A stretch of DNA of 64,000 nt from Psammoneis japonica (lineage: Eukaryota), in contig QPGO01000123.1 in assembly GCA_008632985.1 (NCBI GenBank), positions 62,001 through 126,000 of the forward strand. The letters are read 5' to 3'. Below the pieces are notes generated by a model. It was not told the origin of the DNA. It worked only from the letters and a program-made list of their open reading frames with translations, and searched no databases. Below are positions 23,553 to 33,775 of this stretch, one piece after another. Numbering within the stretch: position 1 is the stretch's first letter; every line of letters starts with the position of its first letter. A program made the translations under genes and the position numbers.

Positions 23553-25442
23553 ATGTGGTCTTTTAGAATAAGAGGTTTGGCCAAGAAAGCGCTCGCAGCT
23601 TCGACAGCAGGTCCGATTGGCGCTTCTGTGTTTTATAGCGGTTACGTTTATGCAACAACGCCAGAGGACCAAATTAGTGTTTCTCATACCGCGTATAGCA
23701 TTTATGTGCAGAGTCTGGTAAACTTGATAATGTCAAAACTTGGAGAACGTTCTCTCAAGAATCTTGACAAAAATTGCGAAAGCGCAGTCTCAGAGAATGA
23801 ATCCTTCCTGTTAGAACTGTTGGAAAGAAACAAGAATACTCAGTACGGAAAAGATCACGATTTCGATCAAATCAAGTCAAGAGAGGATTTTCAGAAAAGG
23901 CATCCAATCACGAATCATGAGTATTACTCCCCATACATCCACAGAGTTGTGGAAGGCGGCAACAATGTCATGTTTCCAGAGACACCCAGAATGATTGGAG
24001 AAACTTCTGGGACATCAGGGACTCGAAAGCTACTTCCGATAAACCCACTGCAACGACGCGTGTTTTTCTCCGAGGGGATTGGAATCACCTTTGGTGTCCT
24101 TGAAAACGGGATTCGAGAAAGAACAAAAGGAAGAATATCGTGGCCAAACCTTCAAAAGTCTTGCAAGCTCATGTTTACGCCAAGATATAGCTACGCAAAG
24201 TGCGGCCTGAGAATCGGACCTAATTCGTCTGCTCCGGGTGATAATAAAACTTTGCTTCAGCTATACACGACACCCCCGGATGCTTGGGAGGTGCAGGATC
24301 AGAACGCCATGCTGTTTCTGCATTGTCTTTATGCGTTGCTCGACAAAAACATGGGATTCATTGAATCGAACTTTGCTTCGGGCGTCTTTAACTTTTTCGT
24401 TTGTATAATGGACAACTGGGATGATCTCATGGCCACAATCGAGACTGGAACTTTACCACAGCATCTCAACATTGATGCCTCTGTAAGGCAAAATTTGGAA
24501 CGAGGCCTTCAGCGCAACCCGGATCGAGCAAGTGAGTTGAAGATAATACGGCAGGAAAAGGATGGAGCTTCACTCGCACGACGCATTTGGCCCAGCCTGC
24601 ATACGATTTTAGCAGCCGACACTGGATCGTTCCATATCTACGGAGAAAAGCTGAGAAAAGAATTTATTGGAGACGATGTAGCAATTTATGCTGCGCTATA
24701 CGCAGCTACTGAAGGATTGATTGGCGTCAATCCAGTCATAGAGGAGAAAACTTATGTCCTACAACCTCGCGCCATGTTTTTTGAATTCTTGCCCATTGGT
24801 AGCAACGTTCGAGATACAACACCACTTTTGTTCCTGGAGCAGCTGGAGGTTGGAAAAGACTATGAAGTGATAATCACCAATCTCACCGGCTTGTACAGGT
24901 ATCGATTTGGCGACGTTGTCCGTTGTGTGGGGTACAAAGGCGAAGCTCCTATAGTACAAGTTGCCTATCGAAAAGGTCAATTTCTGAACGCAATGGGAGA
25001 GCAAACATCAGAAGAAGACTTTTACAGAGCTCTCTCCACAGCTTGCACCCTCGACTGGAACATGGAGCTTGGGGAGTACTCGGCTGTCGAGTACTTTGCT
25101 CGAACCGTGGGTGAGCGAAAGCCCCGATACACGGTGTTTGTCGAACTCAAAGGAAAAGAAGCGAACAAAGAACGCCTTCCAAAGGCCATGACAAGGCGAG
25201 AAATGAAGGCGTTTGATCTCAGACTCTCTCAAGTAAACGAAATGTACGCTCTTTTCAGATCAACCGGGCGGCTTCATCAGGCAGAGGTGATATCTGTGCT
25301 CCCTGGCACTTTTGAGAAAGTTCGAAAAGCAATGATAGAAACGGGTGTAAGTCCAAGCCAGCTCAAAGTACCGAGAGTATTGCGGAATGAACGGTTGATC
25401 AGTATTCTCGAACAGAACTCTGTTACAAAATATCAGCACTGA
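23553..25442 (+). CDS. GH3-family acyl-acid amido synthetase (GH3/GHDC-like)
   Basis: ETSGTSGTRK, YAATEGLIGVN, FFEFLP, GLYRYRFGDVV, QLKVPRVL; intronless, 629 aa. Confidence 0.9.
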   Translation: MWSFRIRGLAKKALAASTAGPIGASVFYSGYVYATTPEDQISVSHTAYSIYVQSLVNLIMSKLGERSLKNLDKNCESAVSENESFLLELLERNKNTQYGKDHDFDQIKSREDFQKRHPITNHEYYSPYIHRVVEGGNNVMFPETPRMIGETSGTSGTRKLLPINPLQRRVFFSEGIGITFGVLENGIRERTKGRISWPNLQKSCKLMFTPRYSYAKCGLRIGPNSSAPGDNKTLLQLYTTPPDAWEVQDQNAMLFLHCLYALLDKNMGFIESNFASGVFNFFVCIMDNWDDLMATIETGTLPQHLNIDASVRQNLERGLQRNPDRASELKIIRQEKDGASLARRIWPSLHTILAADTGSFHIYGEKLRKEFIGDDVAIYAALYAATEGLIGVNPVIEEKTYVLQPRAMFFEFLPIGSNVRDTTPLLFLEQLEVGKDYEVIITNLTGLYRYRFGDVVRCVGYKGEAPIVQVAYRKGQFLNAMGEQTSEEDFYRALSTACTLDWNMELGEYSAVEYFARTVGERKPRYTVFVELKGKEANKERLPKAMTRREMKAFDLRLSQVNEMYALFRSTGRLHQAEVISVLPGTFEKVRKAMIETGVSPSQLKVPRVLRNERLISILEQNSVTKYQH

Positions 25443-25694
25443 AAACTTATTGATGCCGGGAGAGTAAGCGTGAGCACCACCTGGGCGATGCCGATTCAAT
25501 GCAGGCGAAGCGGACGTTACCGAAAGACACAAACTATATACAAAACAGAACGCCTAAAGCAATCTCAAAAGAGAATCAGCAGATATCTATAGGAGGGATA
25601 TAAATAGGGCTAAGTCGAGAAGGGGATCCATTCGCGATTCCAAAGTATGCCTGACCCAAAGCCACGAAAAGAAACACTGGTCCACCGAAGCTCT

Positions 25695-26213
25695 CTAGTT
25701 CTGGGTGGCACTAAAGTCAACAACTACGTCCGTGACGTCTTCAAAGTACGAGTAAGGTCCCTCGCGAAGAACAGCGGCCATGGTCTTCTCGAAACGGCGG
25801 TGGAGCTCGGCGGTGTTACCGGGAATCACGGTCTCGAGCTCACGTTCCTCTCCTTCGAGCTTGCGGCCTCCATAGCATAGGTAGCAGTTGCCTCCATAGA
25901 CTCCACCGCCCCAGTTCCTTCCGGGGAGCTCACGGTGAACCGAGTCACTACCACGGAGAGCGCGGTTCGTAGGCTCCTGCTGAGTCTCGACGACGAAGGA
26001 GGTGGCTTCAGTCTGCTCCCCAGTTGCATGGGAATGGACGAGGTTGTAGGTATCAACGAACATGTTCTGGAAGTACGCGGTCTCTTCGGGGGGCATCTCG
26101 CCGGACGCTCCAACAATGTCGAAGGTAGCGTACTCGTGGATGCTCTGAGTAGCATCGATGGACTTGGAGGAGACGGCAAGAGCCACGAGGAGGGAGGCAA
26201 GGGAGAGCTTCAT
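25695..26213 (-). CDS. Secreted acidic protein with RXL processing sites, paralog 1
   Basis: Signal peptide MKLSLASLLVALA; RAL, REL, RKL, REL motifs; high identity to 27216..27749. Confidence 0.85.
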   Translation of the reverse strand: MKLSLASLLVALAVSSKSIDATQSIHEYATFDIVGASGEMPPEETAYFQNMFVDTYNLVHSHATGEQTEATSFVVETQQEPTNRALRGSDSVHRELPGRNWGGGVYGGNCYLCYGGRKLEGEERELETVIPGNTAELHRRFEKTMAAVLREGPYSYFEDVTDVVVDFSATQN

Positions 26214-27215
26214 GGTTTCGGCTGGTGAGTGTTTTCTGCTGTGAAAATGATCAAGAGAGAAAATTGTGAGCTGTTTTGAAGGCGAAAAGTGAATCGACGA
26301 GAAGTGAGTAGTCGCGTAAACGAGTACCAAGACTTGTGTGGACTACGACTAGCACTCATACATTTCAACGCGAAACTCTGACAATCGATCTGCCGGACAT
26401 TTGGTTTCGTTCAGTTCTACAGGGACTGGCAGACAAAGAAAGTCACGAAGAAAAGATGGACCAAAACTCGGAGTCGATGGGCTGTTCTCTAAGTGTTGTG
26501 TGTTGGTCGCATTTTGGTTCCCTAAAACAAAACGCGACAAGCGTTTATTCGCGATCACTATGGCTGACTTACTCAAGACATGTCTAAGTAAATTTTCCGC
26601 TAGAGGTACGTATTGCCTTCACTTAGATGAGATTATGATGGCAGATTTGAATTTGAATTCTTTGAATGAAGATTGTGAAAGCTAATTTGCTCGCATTTAT
26701 GCCTATGTAAAAATTTAATTAGGCGGATCGTGAGTGTCCCATTGTCCTCAGCACACGGGAGCTACGGTAGTTAACTACTGGTGCCAAACCTGCAACGTGA
26801 CTGGTCGCGTTCTTTAAGCGAGAAATTTAATACCAAGGTCGAGGAATGCTACTTAGACAAAGTCGTGGATAAAAATGGCGGGAAATTGAGGCTAAAACGG
26901 ACTCCACCATATTATTTTTGTCGGCGTGGCAACGATACGGCTTTGCCGAGTACCTTGGACCATTTTGGTCCTCTTTCAGCGGATGACTGTGTTCGAGAAC
27001 CGGACTCTGTACAATTCCACAAGAAGGAATGCCAGTCTTCGCGACAATATGGAAGGGTACGACAAACTCCTGTACCTTACGTCGCCTCTGGTAGGTGTTT
27101 TCGTTCATCAAAAGTTGCGTTGGACCGAATGAGCAGTCACTTTTTCGCCTCTCGAACTTCTCACAATTTTTCTCTTCTGTCTTCTGACAACAAGAAATCA
27201 CTCTCATTCGCAACC

Positions 27216-27749
27216 ATGAAGTTCTCCCTTACCTCCCTCCTCCCCATTGCGGCTCTCGCCTTCGCCAAGACTGCCGCCGCTACTCAGAGCATCCATGAGT
27301 ACACGACCTTTGACATCATCGGAGCGTCCGGTATCATGGCTTCCGAGGAGGTTTCCTACTTTGAAGCCATGCTTGTGGACACGTACAACCTCGTTCACTC
27401 GCACGAAGAGGGTACTCAGACGGAAGCGACATCCTTCACCGTCGAGACTCAGCAGGAGCCTACCAACCGTGCTCTCCGTGGTGAAACGACCGACGAATCG
27501 GTTCACCGTATGCTTCCCGGAAGGAACTGGGGCGGCGGAGTCTATGGAGGCAACTGCTTCCTCTGCTACGGAGGCCGCAAGCTCGCTGATGAAGAGCAAC
27601 GCGAGCTTCAAGATGCTATCCCAGGCGACAGTACCGAGCTTCACCGCCGATTCGAGTTGACTTTGGCCGCTGTTCTTCGTGAGGGACCCTTCAGCTACTT
27701 CCACGATGTCTCGGACGTTGTCGTCGACTTTGGTGCCACCCAGAACTAG
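27216..27749 (+). CDS. Secreted acidic protein with RXL processing sites, paralog 2
   Basis: Signal peptide MKFSLTSLLPIAALA; shares ATQSIHEY...PGRNWGGGVYGGNCxLCYGGRKL...VVVDFxATQN with paralog 1; divergent orientation. Confidence 0.85.
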   Translation: MKFSLTSLLPIAALAFAKTAAATQSIHEYTTFDIIGASGIMASEEVSYFEAMLVDTYNLVHSHEEGTQTEATSFTVETQQEPTNRALRGETTDESVHRMLPGRNWGGGVYGGNCFLCYGGRKLADEEQRELQDAIPGDSTELHRRFELTLAAVLREGPFSYFHDVSDVVVDFGATQN

Positions 27750-29373
27750 TTTCTCTTTGGTGAAACCGTTTCATTCCTCAAGCTACTTTTTCGTCTGGAT
27801 GTGGTTCTGTTTTCGGTTTCTTGGGACTCCCGGGTCGCGAGATATACCATGTTTCTGTGTTGGGACTAGTGGTGTTTGCAATCATGATGCATTGCTTTCG
27901 TCAGCCATTGAAGCAGCTTTAGAGTAAACCTGAGAAGGATAACTACTAGATTTGTTATCTTTACGGTCATAGTATCTGATCACCAGCCTTCATATCGGTT
28001 GCTGTTGCGTTCTTTGTTAACATATTAGCGCAGATTCGTTCTAAAGCTCATCGTGAAACCTCCCTCCGACAAAGAGGAATGAGCCCTTGGTCGGTCGTCG
28101 AGCTGACGCGTTGCTGGCCCTACGATTGTTCATATTAATTTTCTCGCATTTTGTCAGCATCGTTAAGTAACTCTGAGTCAGCCCAATAGCAGCCACAATA
28201 CTGTACAAGCAAGAAAAAGTTACGGCTTACGGACTGACAGTTTCTTCCGACTTTCGAGCTCGACGCCACTCGAAGTAGAGTATGAGGCTACGACTAGCAT
28301 AAACGTACCTGTTATACCGGTCAGACATTTTGTATTGGATTTTATGTACCCCTTTATTTAATGATAACGGTTATTGCCAAAACAAATAGCAGGTTTTACA
28401 TGTGTATCATATACAAATGTCTCACAAAAGTCCATACCTTTCAACTATTTAGATGTTTTTGTAGATGTTACACATTCAACCGTCGATACTCCGTTTGTCA
28501 ACTCCGTCTTTGAATAATACTTCATATATGCTCGTATGTTTGATTAAATGGCGTGGCGGGCGTGGGCATGACCTTCATTTGAATTCGTACTTAAGAAGAG
28601 TCATTCTATGTATTGCCTCAGCATTTTCTTCGTTAAGTGCGTAGAACAGTACAAATCTTACGCAAAAAGTCATATGCAGTCATTCAACATTCTTGTATAT
28701 TCGTCATTAATAAATCATATCAATGTTTTTTATATGTCAATGATTATATCATATTGCATTTTATGCTAGTCGAAGCCCCATAGCTCTACTACCGTAGAGT
28801 AGAGGAGTAAAGTAGCTACTAGCTAGAGTAGCTACGGTAGCTTTAGAGAGACTCTAGCTCTAAAGTGGACTACTTCCGGTAGCTCTAGAGGGAGCGAACT
28901 GCACAATTTGCTGGAAAGCAGAGACAAAGGCCACAATCGCAAATGGCAGAATCCGGGTGGGCGGAAAAAGTCTCTTCTACAAAGTGAAGGTGGCAGCGAA
29001 AACGAAACGGATTTTACTCACGCGTTAGTCACCTCCGATGATGGTGCGAAAATGAAGCTCAAACCCCTAAAACAAGAAAAGCCGAAACGACCTCGACCCT
29101 TCTCTGCAGCCCATAAAGATTCGGTCGAAAATCCCCCAAGGGTTCCACTTGTTTCCTTTCTCTCTATCAGGAAACTGGATTGACTGTGAAATTGGGAGAG
29201 AAAACCATCATCAGTCAATACACAGCTTTAGCGTCTCATAATATCTTTCACTTTGAGTACCCATTTTGTAGAAATTCTTTTGTTACCCGTAGCAACCTGA
29301 GGCGCAATCTTTGATGTTGGGCCGGCATCAAAAGTCCTGGTTCTCTTCTATTCTCTGTTCAAGTAGCAAGCGA

Positions 29374-30525
29374 CTACTCATCAGACACGGTCAAAAAGTC
29401 AGTCTCGATTGTAGACAGTAGCTCTCGTATCCCTTCTCCCCTTGTCGAACTTGTAATGTGTACCATTGGCGCCTGACTCCCGCCCCCGCCTTGCTGCTGC
29501 TGTCCATAAAACTGACTGTGATATCTCATGCACACTTCATTGACAAAGCGGATCAACTGGGGTCGACTGACTTTATCCGCTTTGGTCAAGACAATTGTAT
29601 ACGAAATGTCAGCCTCATCCAACCAACCCATGACGTTTCGGTCGGTTTGTGTTGGACCACGGCGAGCATCGACTAGCACAAAGACATTTTTCATTGTGTT
29701 GGCATCACGACAATTCAATAGAAAGTCTTGTGTGTTTTTTTGCCACGCATCTACATTGTCGTCGGGCGCCTTGGCGTACCCATAACCGGGCAAGTCCACC
29801 AAAAAGCCAGTCGCATCCGAGGGGTGTTTTTCAGGTGTACGACGAGTGGATTTCTTCGTTTGCTCAAAGAGCGCAAAGTAATTTACTTGTTGTGTACGGC
29901 CCGGATGTTTGGAACATTTTGCAAGGTTGTTGCGCATCAATGCATTCACCAATGAAGATTTACCGACGTTGGATCGTCCCAAAAAGGCAACCTCGGGAAT
30001 GTCCCATGTTTGGTCTTGGAAGGACTTGGGATTGAAAAATTCAAACGAGGAGGATCGAAAGGTGGGAGGAAGCTCCGTAGTAGATGCGATATCCGCAAAG
30101 AGCGACTTGTGATTGATTCCAAACTCTTGTATCGCGCAAGACGCCACATACACAAAGGGCGACGCAGTTGGCATCAAGTGCGCGGGAGGAACTGGCTGCT
30201 GCTGCTGCTGCGGCAGAGCCTTCTTTTTCTTGTTTTCTGCACGTGTCGATTCAGATGATCCTTTTGATTTTTGAATTTTGTTTCTCTTGGTTGTTGCAAA
30301 TGCTCTTACTACAAGAGAAGCATTACGCATACCCGCCGTTTGTCGATGCCGAGTATGAGCTATGCCAACAACGCAGTCTCGTGCCACGATGCGGAATTGA
30401 AGCGTACTCGGTAAGGAAAGCATATTTCCACCAATCGTTTGGGGTAGTGGAGTGTTGACTGAGACTATAGAATGGCAATGTGGTGAGAAGATACACTGTC
30501 TGAGCATCCTTGTCACTGCAGTCAT
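29374..30525 (-). CDS. EngB/YihA-family ribosome-biogenesis GTPase, probably organelle-targeted
   Basis: PEVAFLGRSNVGKSSLVN, PGRTQQVN, LVDLPGYGYA, LTKADK, TSS; long basic N-terminal extension. Start codon uncertain (30525 or 30423). Confidence 0.9.
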   Translation of the reverse strand: MTAVTRMLRQCIFSPHCHSIVSVNTPLPQTIGGNMLSLPSTLQFRIVARDCVVGIAHTRHRQTAGMRNASLVVRAFATTKRNKIQKSKGSSESTRAENKKKKALPQQQQQPVPPAHLMPTASPFVYVASCAIQEFGINHKSLFADIASTTELPPTFRSSSFEFFNPKSFQDQTWDIPEVAFLGRSNVGKSSLVNALMRNNLAKCSKHPGRTQQVNYFALFEQTKKSTRRTPEKHPSDATGFLVDLPGYGYAKAPDDNVDAWQKNTQDFLLNCRDANTMKNVFVLVDARRGPTQTDRNVMGWLDEADISYTIVLTKADKVSRPQLIRFVNEVCMRYHSQFYGQQQQGGGGSQAPMVHITSSTRGEGIRELLSTIETDFLTVSDE

Positions 30526-30699
30526 GGTAAAAATTGAAAATCCAATCAAGGCTGGAGAAGATGGTGGACATCAAAACGGACGGCGACGGACGGAGACTCG
30601 GCTCGACGGTCCAAGTACGCGAGAATCGCAGTGGCGGTCTGTCTGTACAGAGATTTCTACGCATGTTTTGTCCTTTCGTCCGTCACACACCTCCAATTG

Positions 30700-33440
30700 G
30701 AATCGGGTTGCGTCAATGTGTCTTTGGTGTTGTTTCTCACTTCTTGTCATTGTTTCAATGTTCATGCTGCAAGGTGTCTGCAGGGCTTGTTTTTTTTTTC
30801 ACACTGACTTGCTCCTCCGAGCTTGCAGTTGAATGATCAAAACTGCATTTCAGCTGGAGTTGATGATCAGAGTTGGGGCAGTGGTGATGTCTCTCAACAT
30901 CCCTGGGGCCAGTTTTGGCACTTCTTGTTTCATTTTCAATGGAAATTGCACAAGGAACATGACAGGCTTGGTTTTGTTGTGCAAAATTTCACTCCATTGA
31001 CACGGGTTCATTGGACGTCAAGGGGTGCCAAACAACGGCCAACGCAACTCAGCCAACCCTGACAAATTGGGGAAAAAAGATTGCGGACTCTTTTGGAGTG
31101 ACAAGTGCACTGCTTTCTAAATGTCAGGGTGGTTTTGAACTCCAGAGCAGACAAAATGGGAAGAGACATTTGGTGTCAAGACACATTTGGCGTGTGCTGT
31201 CACTTAAATTTGAAAAGGGCTGTGTGCCTTTTTCTGTCACATCAGGCCTTTTGTCCCTTCTCAACCACAATGGAGTCCAATGGCAAATTGCCGTGCATGC
31301 TTTGATGGAGGAAAATGGAGAGCCACTCAACTCGGGCAGGAGTGAGTGCACGTCCAAAGTCGAGTGTCTGTCCAAGCAAAGTCTGTCTCACACCTTTTTG
31401 CTTTGTCCATTCCTGAGTTGAAAATCTGCATTGTTGCTGATGCAAGTGAGGGCCAAAAACTCAACCACATTCTTCTCCTCCACAGCTCAAGCAATTGTTC
31501 AGCACCTGCATGCAGAGCACACTCTTGACAAAAAAGTGTGTGCCAGCACAGACCAGGCAGTCTGCAAAAATTGAAGCACCTTAAATGTTGTCTCCAGCTG
31601 GCCTGTCAGTTGTGCACTTCCAATGGCTCTGCAACCACATGCCTTGAGATGACAATTCATCCACTGCTTGACATCATTGGTGGGAACATTTGAAGCAGCC
31701 TCTGGTTGGCGAACTCTTGCTCCATTGACAAGTCACCCTGTCAAGAAAATGTCCATCAAGGTTGGTTTGCAGTTGTTTTTAGATGGCATGGTCTTGTTGT
31801 GCTGTTGCACAAATCAATCAGAAGTGTGACACACCATGCAACAACCCGGTTGTTTCAATGCAAAAAAATTCCCGTGCTTCCTCCGCAAAAGCATGGAAAG
31901 TGTGGTCACCAAAGAGGAGTGTGGGTCAGCACAACGTGTCAATGGAGGAGTGCAACATGGGTTGCATTCCCTGGACAATGCACCGGTGGGCAGTCTGTGT
32001 GTGCCAAGCAAAGTGAGGGTTGACGTTGTTCAGCGGCTGCACAGCACCTCTGACTTGTCACTCATTGCTGTTTGCAACCACCAAGAGCAGCACAACCACC
32101 ATCGAATCTGGCGCGCAAATTTCACACGCTGCACCACACACATGCTACGATGTTCAATGTGCAGCAAGCAGTTGCGGTGCGGTGCAATTTACAAGTCTGT
32201 CAGGATGCACAAGCTCCAGCACATGCAAATCCACAGCGTGCAATTCTGCGTGAGAGCATGTTGCCATGCGTGGTGCGAACACCGTCGATGCGCTCCAGCT
32301 CTGGGTGGGACCTCGCACTGCTGCACTGTGACATCAACAGTTTTTTGGATTGCGTCGTGTGTTGCGCACGTGCATTTCTGCGTGTTGTGTTCTCCGAAAT
32401 TGTTTCGTGCTCCCTGTTTTGCGAAGCCAAAGGCAGGCTTTCCATTTTCAACATTCATGAGAATGAAAATGCACTGGGTGCATTCTTCAATGTCTGAAGA
32501 ATGTGCCCAGGCAAACCATCAATGAATGATGTGCTTCAAGTGTGGAGGAGGAGATGAGTTCGTAAAATTGCCTCTTTTTCTGTTGGCGATCATTTGCATT
32601 TTCATTGCAGCACATGTTTGCTGCAGAGCTCGCACACAGAATTCTGTGGGCCCAATGTCACACGGAGTCCCGCCCCCAGGACTGGAGATGCCCACAGCAC
32701 AAGAATTTAATTGGTGGACACATTTGTCTTGAACATCAAACAAACGGCCAAGTTTGTGGTGCAATTGTGCCTCTTGCCATTTGACTTTTTTGCAAATGCG
32801 CCTGCCCTGCGCGATTCTTAAGACATTGTAGAATCGCGCTGTGACAAAAAATGTCAAAAGTTTTTGGACGGATCGCTCAACAAGTGCACCGTAAAATGAC
32901 ACAAAATGTCAAAAAAATCACGTAGAAATCTACGTGTGCGACATACGACGAGATTCAAAAAACTGTCGATGTCACAGTTCAGTGGTGCGAGGTCCCACCT
33001 GGACCTGGAACGCGCCTGGAACCCGTCCGTCAAACTTTGCACTGGATTTTACGGAGGCCTGCTTCAGGGTTCTGATGGGACAAACTTAAGGCATTCACAC
33101 AACAAGCTGATGGATGGCAAGATGATTGGACTTTCTGAACTTTTTTTGCACTGGAGACACGACACACACTGTCGCCAAAAATCGGCGACACAACGGGGTG
33201 GTGCATTGTCGCAACGACAGCGATGACAGCGATGTGTCCAAGAGTCTTTTGTCATCACAGACATTTAGTTTGTTAGGTTTAAGAACGTGTTCAGTCATGA
33301 AAGTCCCCAAGAGCAACCTCCGTTGGAAACCAAAAGGTCGAGCCAATGCCGAGCTCTGTTTTCAGACCTGTCACTGTCATGCATTCATTGTTGAACGATT
33401 GAGACTTCGTCAGGGGGGACTTTCTTTTTACACATTTGTG
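30700..33440. other. CpG/TpA-depleted hypermutated block 3 (TE-like, with internal inverted repeat)
   Basis: TA nearly absent; CG partly retained toward 32.1-33.4 kb. Confidence 0.75.
32291..33012. repeat. ~94-bp imperfect inverted repeat (32291-32384 / 32919-33012)
   Basis: Reverse complement of the left arm cacgcagaaatgcacgtgcgcaacacacgacgcaatccaaaaaactgttgatgtcacag... aligns without gaps to cacgtagaaatctacgtgtgcgacatacgacgagattcaaaaaactgtcgatgtcacag... Confidence 0.85.
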
Positions 33441-33775
33441 TTTTAAATAGTGTAATCGATCATTGTGATAAGTGCCCATTGCAAAGTCCTCCTGTAAGAG
33501 CTTGAGAAAAAATGTCATGGTCATCGTCGGCGTCGACGGCAATTTGTCGCGCAAATCGCGAAAAATGCACGACTGTCGTCTGTCCGACATTGCGCTACTG
33601 ATCGCTCGCGCCCGCCGCAACACGATCGCCGATGGCCGCAACATGATCGCCGCAACACGCAATGCATCTGGATACGTACTGTACTTTAATAGCTAGTGGC
33701 TTATCCGCCACAACAATTTCGCAACACAATCGCCCCAACAACAACAACCAACAGCAGCAAGAACAAGTGAGTGTC

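Noticed and set aside
26781..27215. N-terminal extensions of ORFs 26781..27749 and 25695..26330
   Set aside because: Paralog similarity and signal peptides begin at ATG 27216 and 26213; the upstream starts are non-ATG.
31050..32025. Possible decayed piggyBac ends (ccaaCCCT ... AGGGttga)
   Set aside because: The match is too short and no transposase motif could be recognised between the ends.
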